NCBI GenBank assembly: GCA_013239625.1
Contig: MU053881.1
Coordinates: 7,587,957-7,651,956, forward strand
Source: Lama guanicoe
Lineage: Eukaryota
Reading direction: 5' to 3'
DNA length: 64,000 bases
Below are positions 63,236-64,000 of the stretch, piece by piece. The position numbers and the translations under genes were made by a program. How positions within the stretch are numbered: the first letter of the stretch is position 1; each line of letters starts with the position of its first letter. The notes below the pieces were generated by a model. The model was not told the origin of the DNA, made no database searches, and saw only the letters and a list, made by a program, of their open reading frames with translations.

Positions 63236-64000
63236 AACCATTCTCAAAGTGAAGTCAGTGGGCCCCTGGGGTCCCTAAGAGCCTTTCAGGAGGTTTGCAA
63301 AGTCAGACTATTTTCATGATAATACTGATCTGTCATCTGCCATTCTCACTGAGTTAACATTTGCACTGATGGTGCAAAAGCAACTGTGGACACAACTGCT
63401 GGCCCCTTAGAACAAATCAAGGCAGTGATGCCCAGTTGTCCTTTCCTTCTTCAACACCACACACTCACAGGAAAAGCAAAAAGACAGCTTTCTTAAGAAT
63501 ATTTACGATGAAGCAGTAAGCATTGTTACTGTGATTAAAATCACAACCCTCAAGTACACGCACTTTCAGTATTTTCTGTGATGAAATGGGAAGCACCATA
63601 AAACACTTCTGCTGCCAGCATCCCAAATTCTCTAGGTAAAGCACTCATGTGATTGAGTTGCTAACTGAACAAGCCACTTTTTCCGTGGAACTCCATTTTT
63701 TTTTCTTGAAATAAATTACTGATAGGCAAACTGGTTATTCAGACTTGAGTATTTGGCAGTCATCTTCTCAAAAAGGAACAAAGTGAGTCTGTCACTTCAA
63801 GGAAAACAACTGACCGTATCCGATGTCAGTGATAAAATTTGAGCTTTCAAGTGAAAATTAAAATTCTGAAAAATTTTTATCTGCCACCATGAACCTGACA
63901 GGCTCCCAGTACTTAAAGATTCTTCTGATAGGATCAGGGGAGATAGTAGCAGATGTGAAGTTGTTTGTTTTTTTTTTTAATATTGTATAATGAAATGTAG
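63236..64000 (+). mobile_element. Charlie1-type hAT DNA transposon with decayed transposase, running off the window
   Basis: Terminus ttctcaaagtg...gggcccctggggtccctaagagcctttcagg; translation VNICTDGAKATVDTTAGPLEQIKAV and RLEYLAVIFSKRNKVSLSLQGK typical of Charlie/Buster transposases; stops present. Confidence 0.85.

Noticed and set aside
1..64000. Prokaryotic features (operons, CRISPR arrays, IS elements, rRNA/tRNA genes)
   Set aside because: The sequence is mammalian and repeat-rich; none of these patterns were seen

Overview
Mammalian genomic DNA, not prokaryotic: CpG-depleted and packed with L1, L2, MIR, CR1/L3, MaLR/ERVL LTRs and hAT DNA transposons. The young L1 3' ends and the absence of Alu, B1/B2, Bov-A, PRE1 or Can-SINE-like elements point to a camelid (Camelus/Vicugna); that assignment is from recalled consensus sequences. 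The window looks intergenic or deep-intronic. I can support no intact protein-coding gene, tRNA, rRNA or CRISPR array. Almost all listed ORFs are chance ORFs or L1/CR1 fragments. The most notable non-repeat signals are: (i) a CpG-rich, coding-like exon on the minus strand at 25077-25320 with a strong splice acceptor, an early in-frame stop and an Ig-like DxxxYxC motif, which may be a relic exon of an unidentified gene; (ii) two phase-compatible minus-strand exon candidates at 1178-1374 and from 749 downward; (iii) several repeat-free islands rich in homeodomain/MEIS/SOX motifs that look like developmental enhancers; (iv) informative transposon events, including a young L1 with a perfect 16-bp TSD and an internal hairpin, an L1 missing its whole RT domain, and a miR-1302-like MER53 hairpin. 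Repeat subfamily names come from recall, not from a database search, and boundaries are approximate. I found no evidence for a clearly novel biological system.
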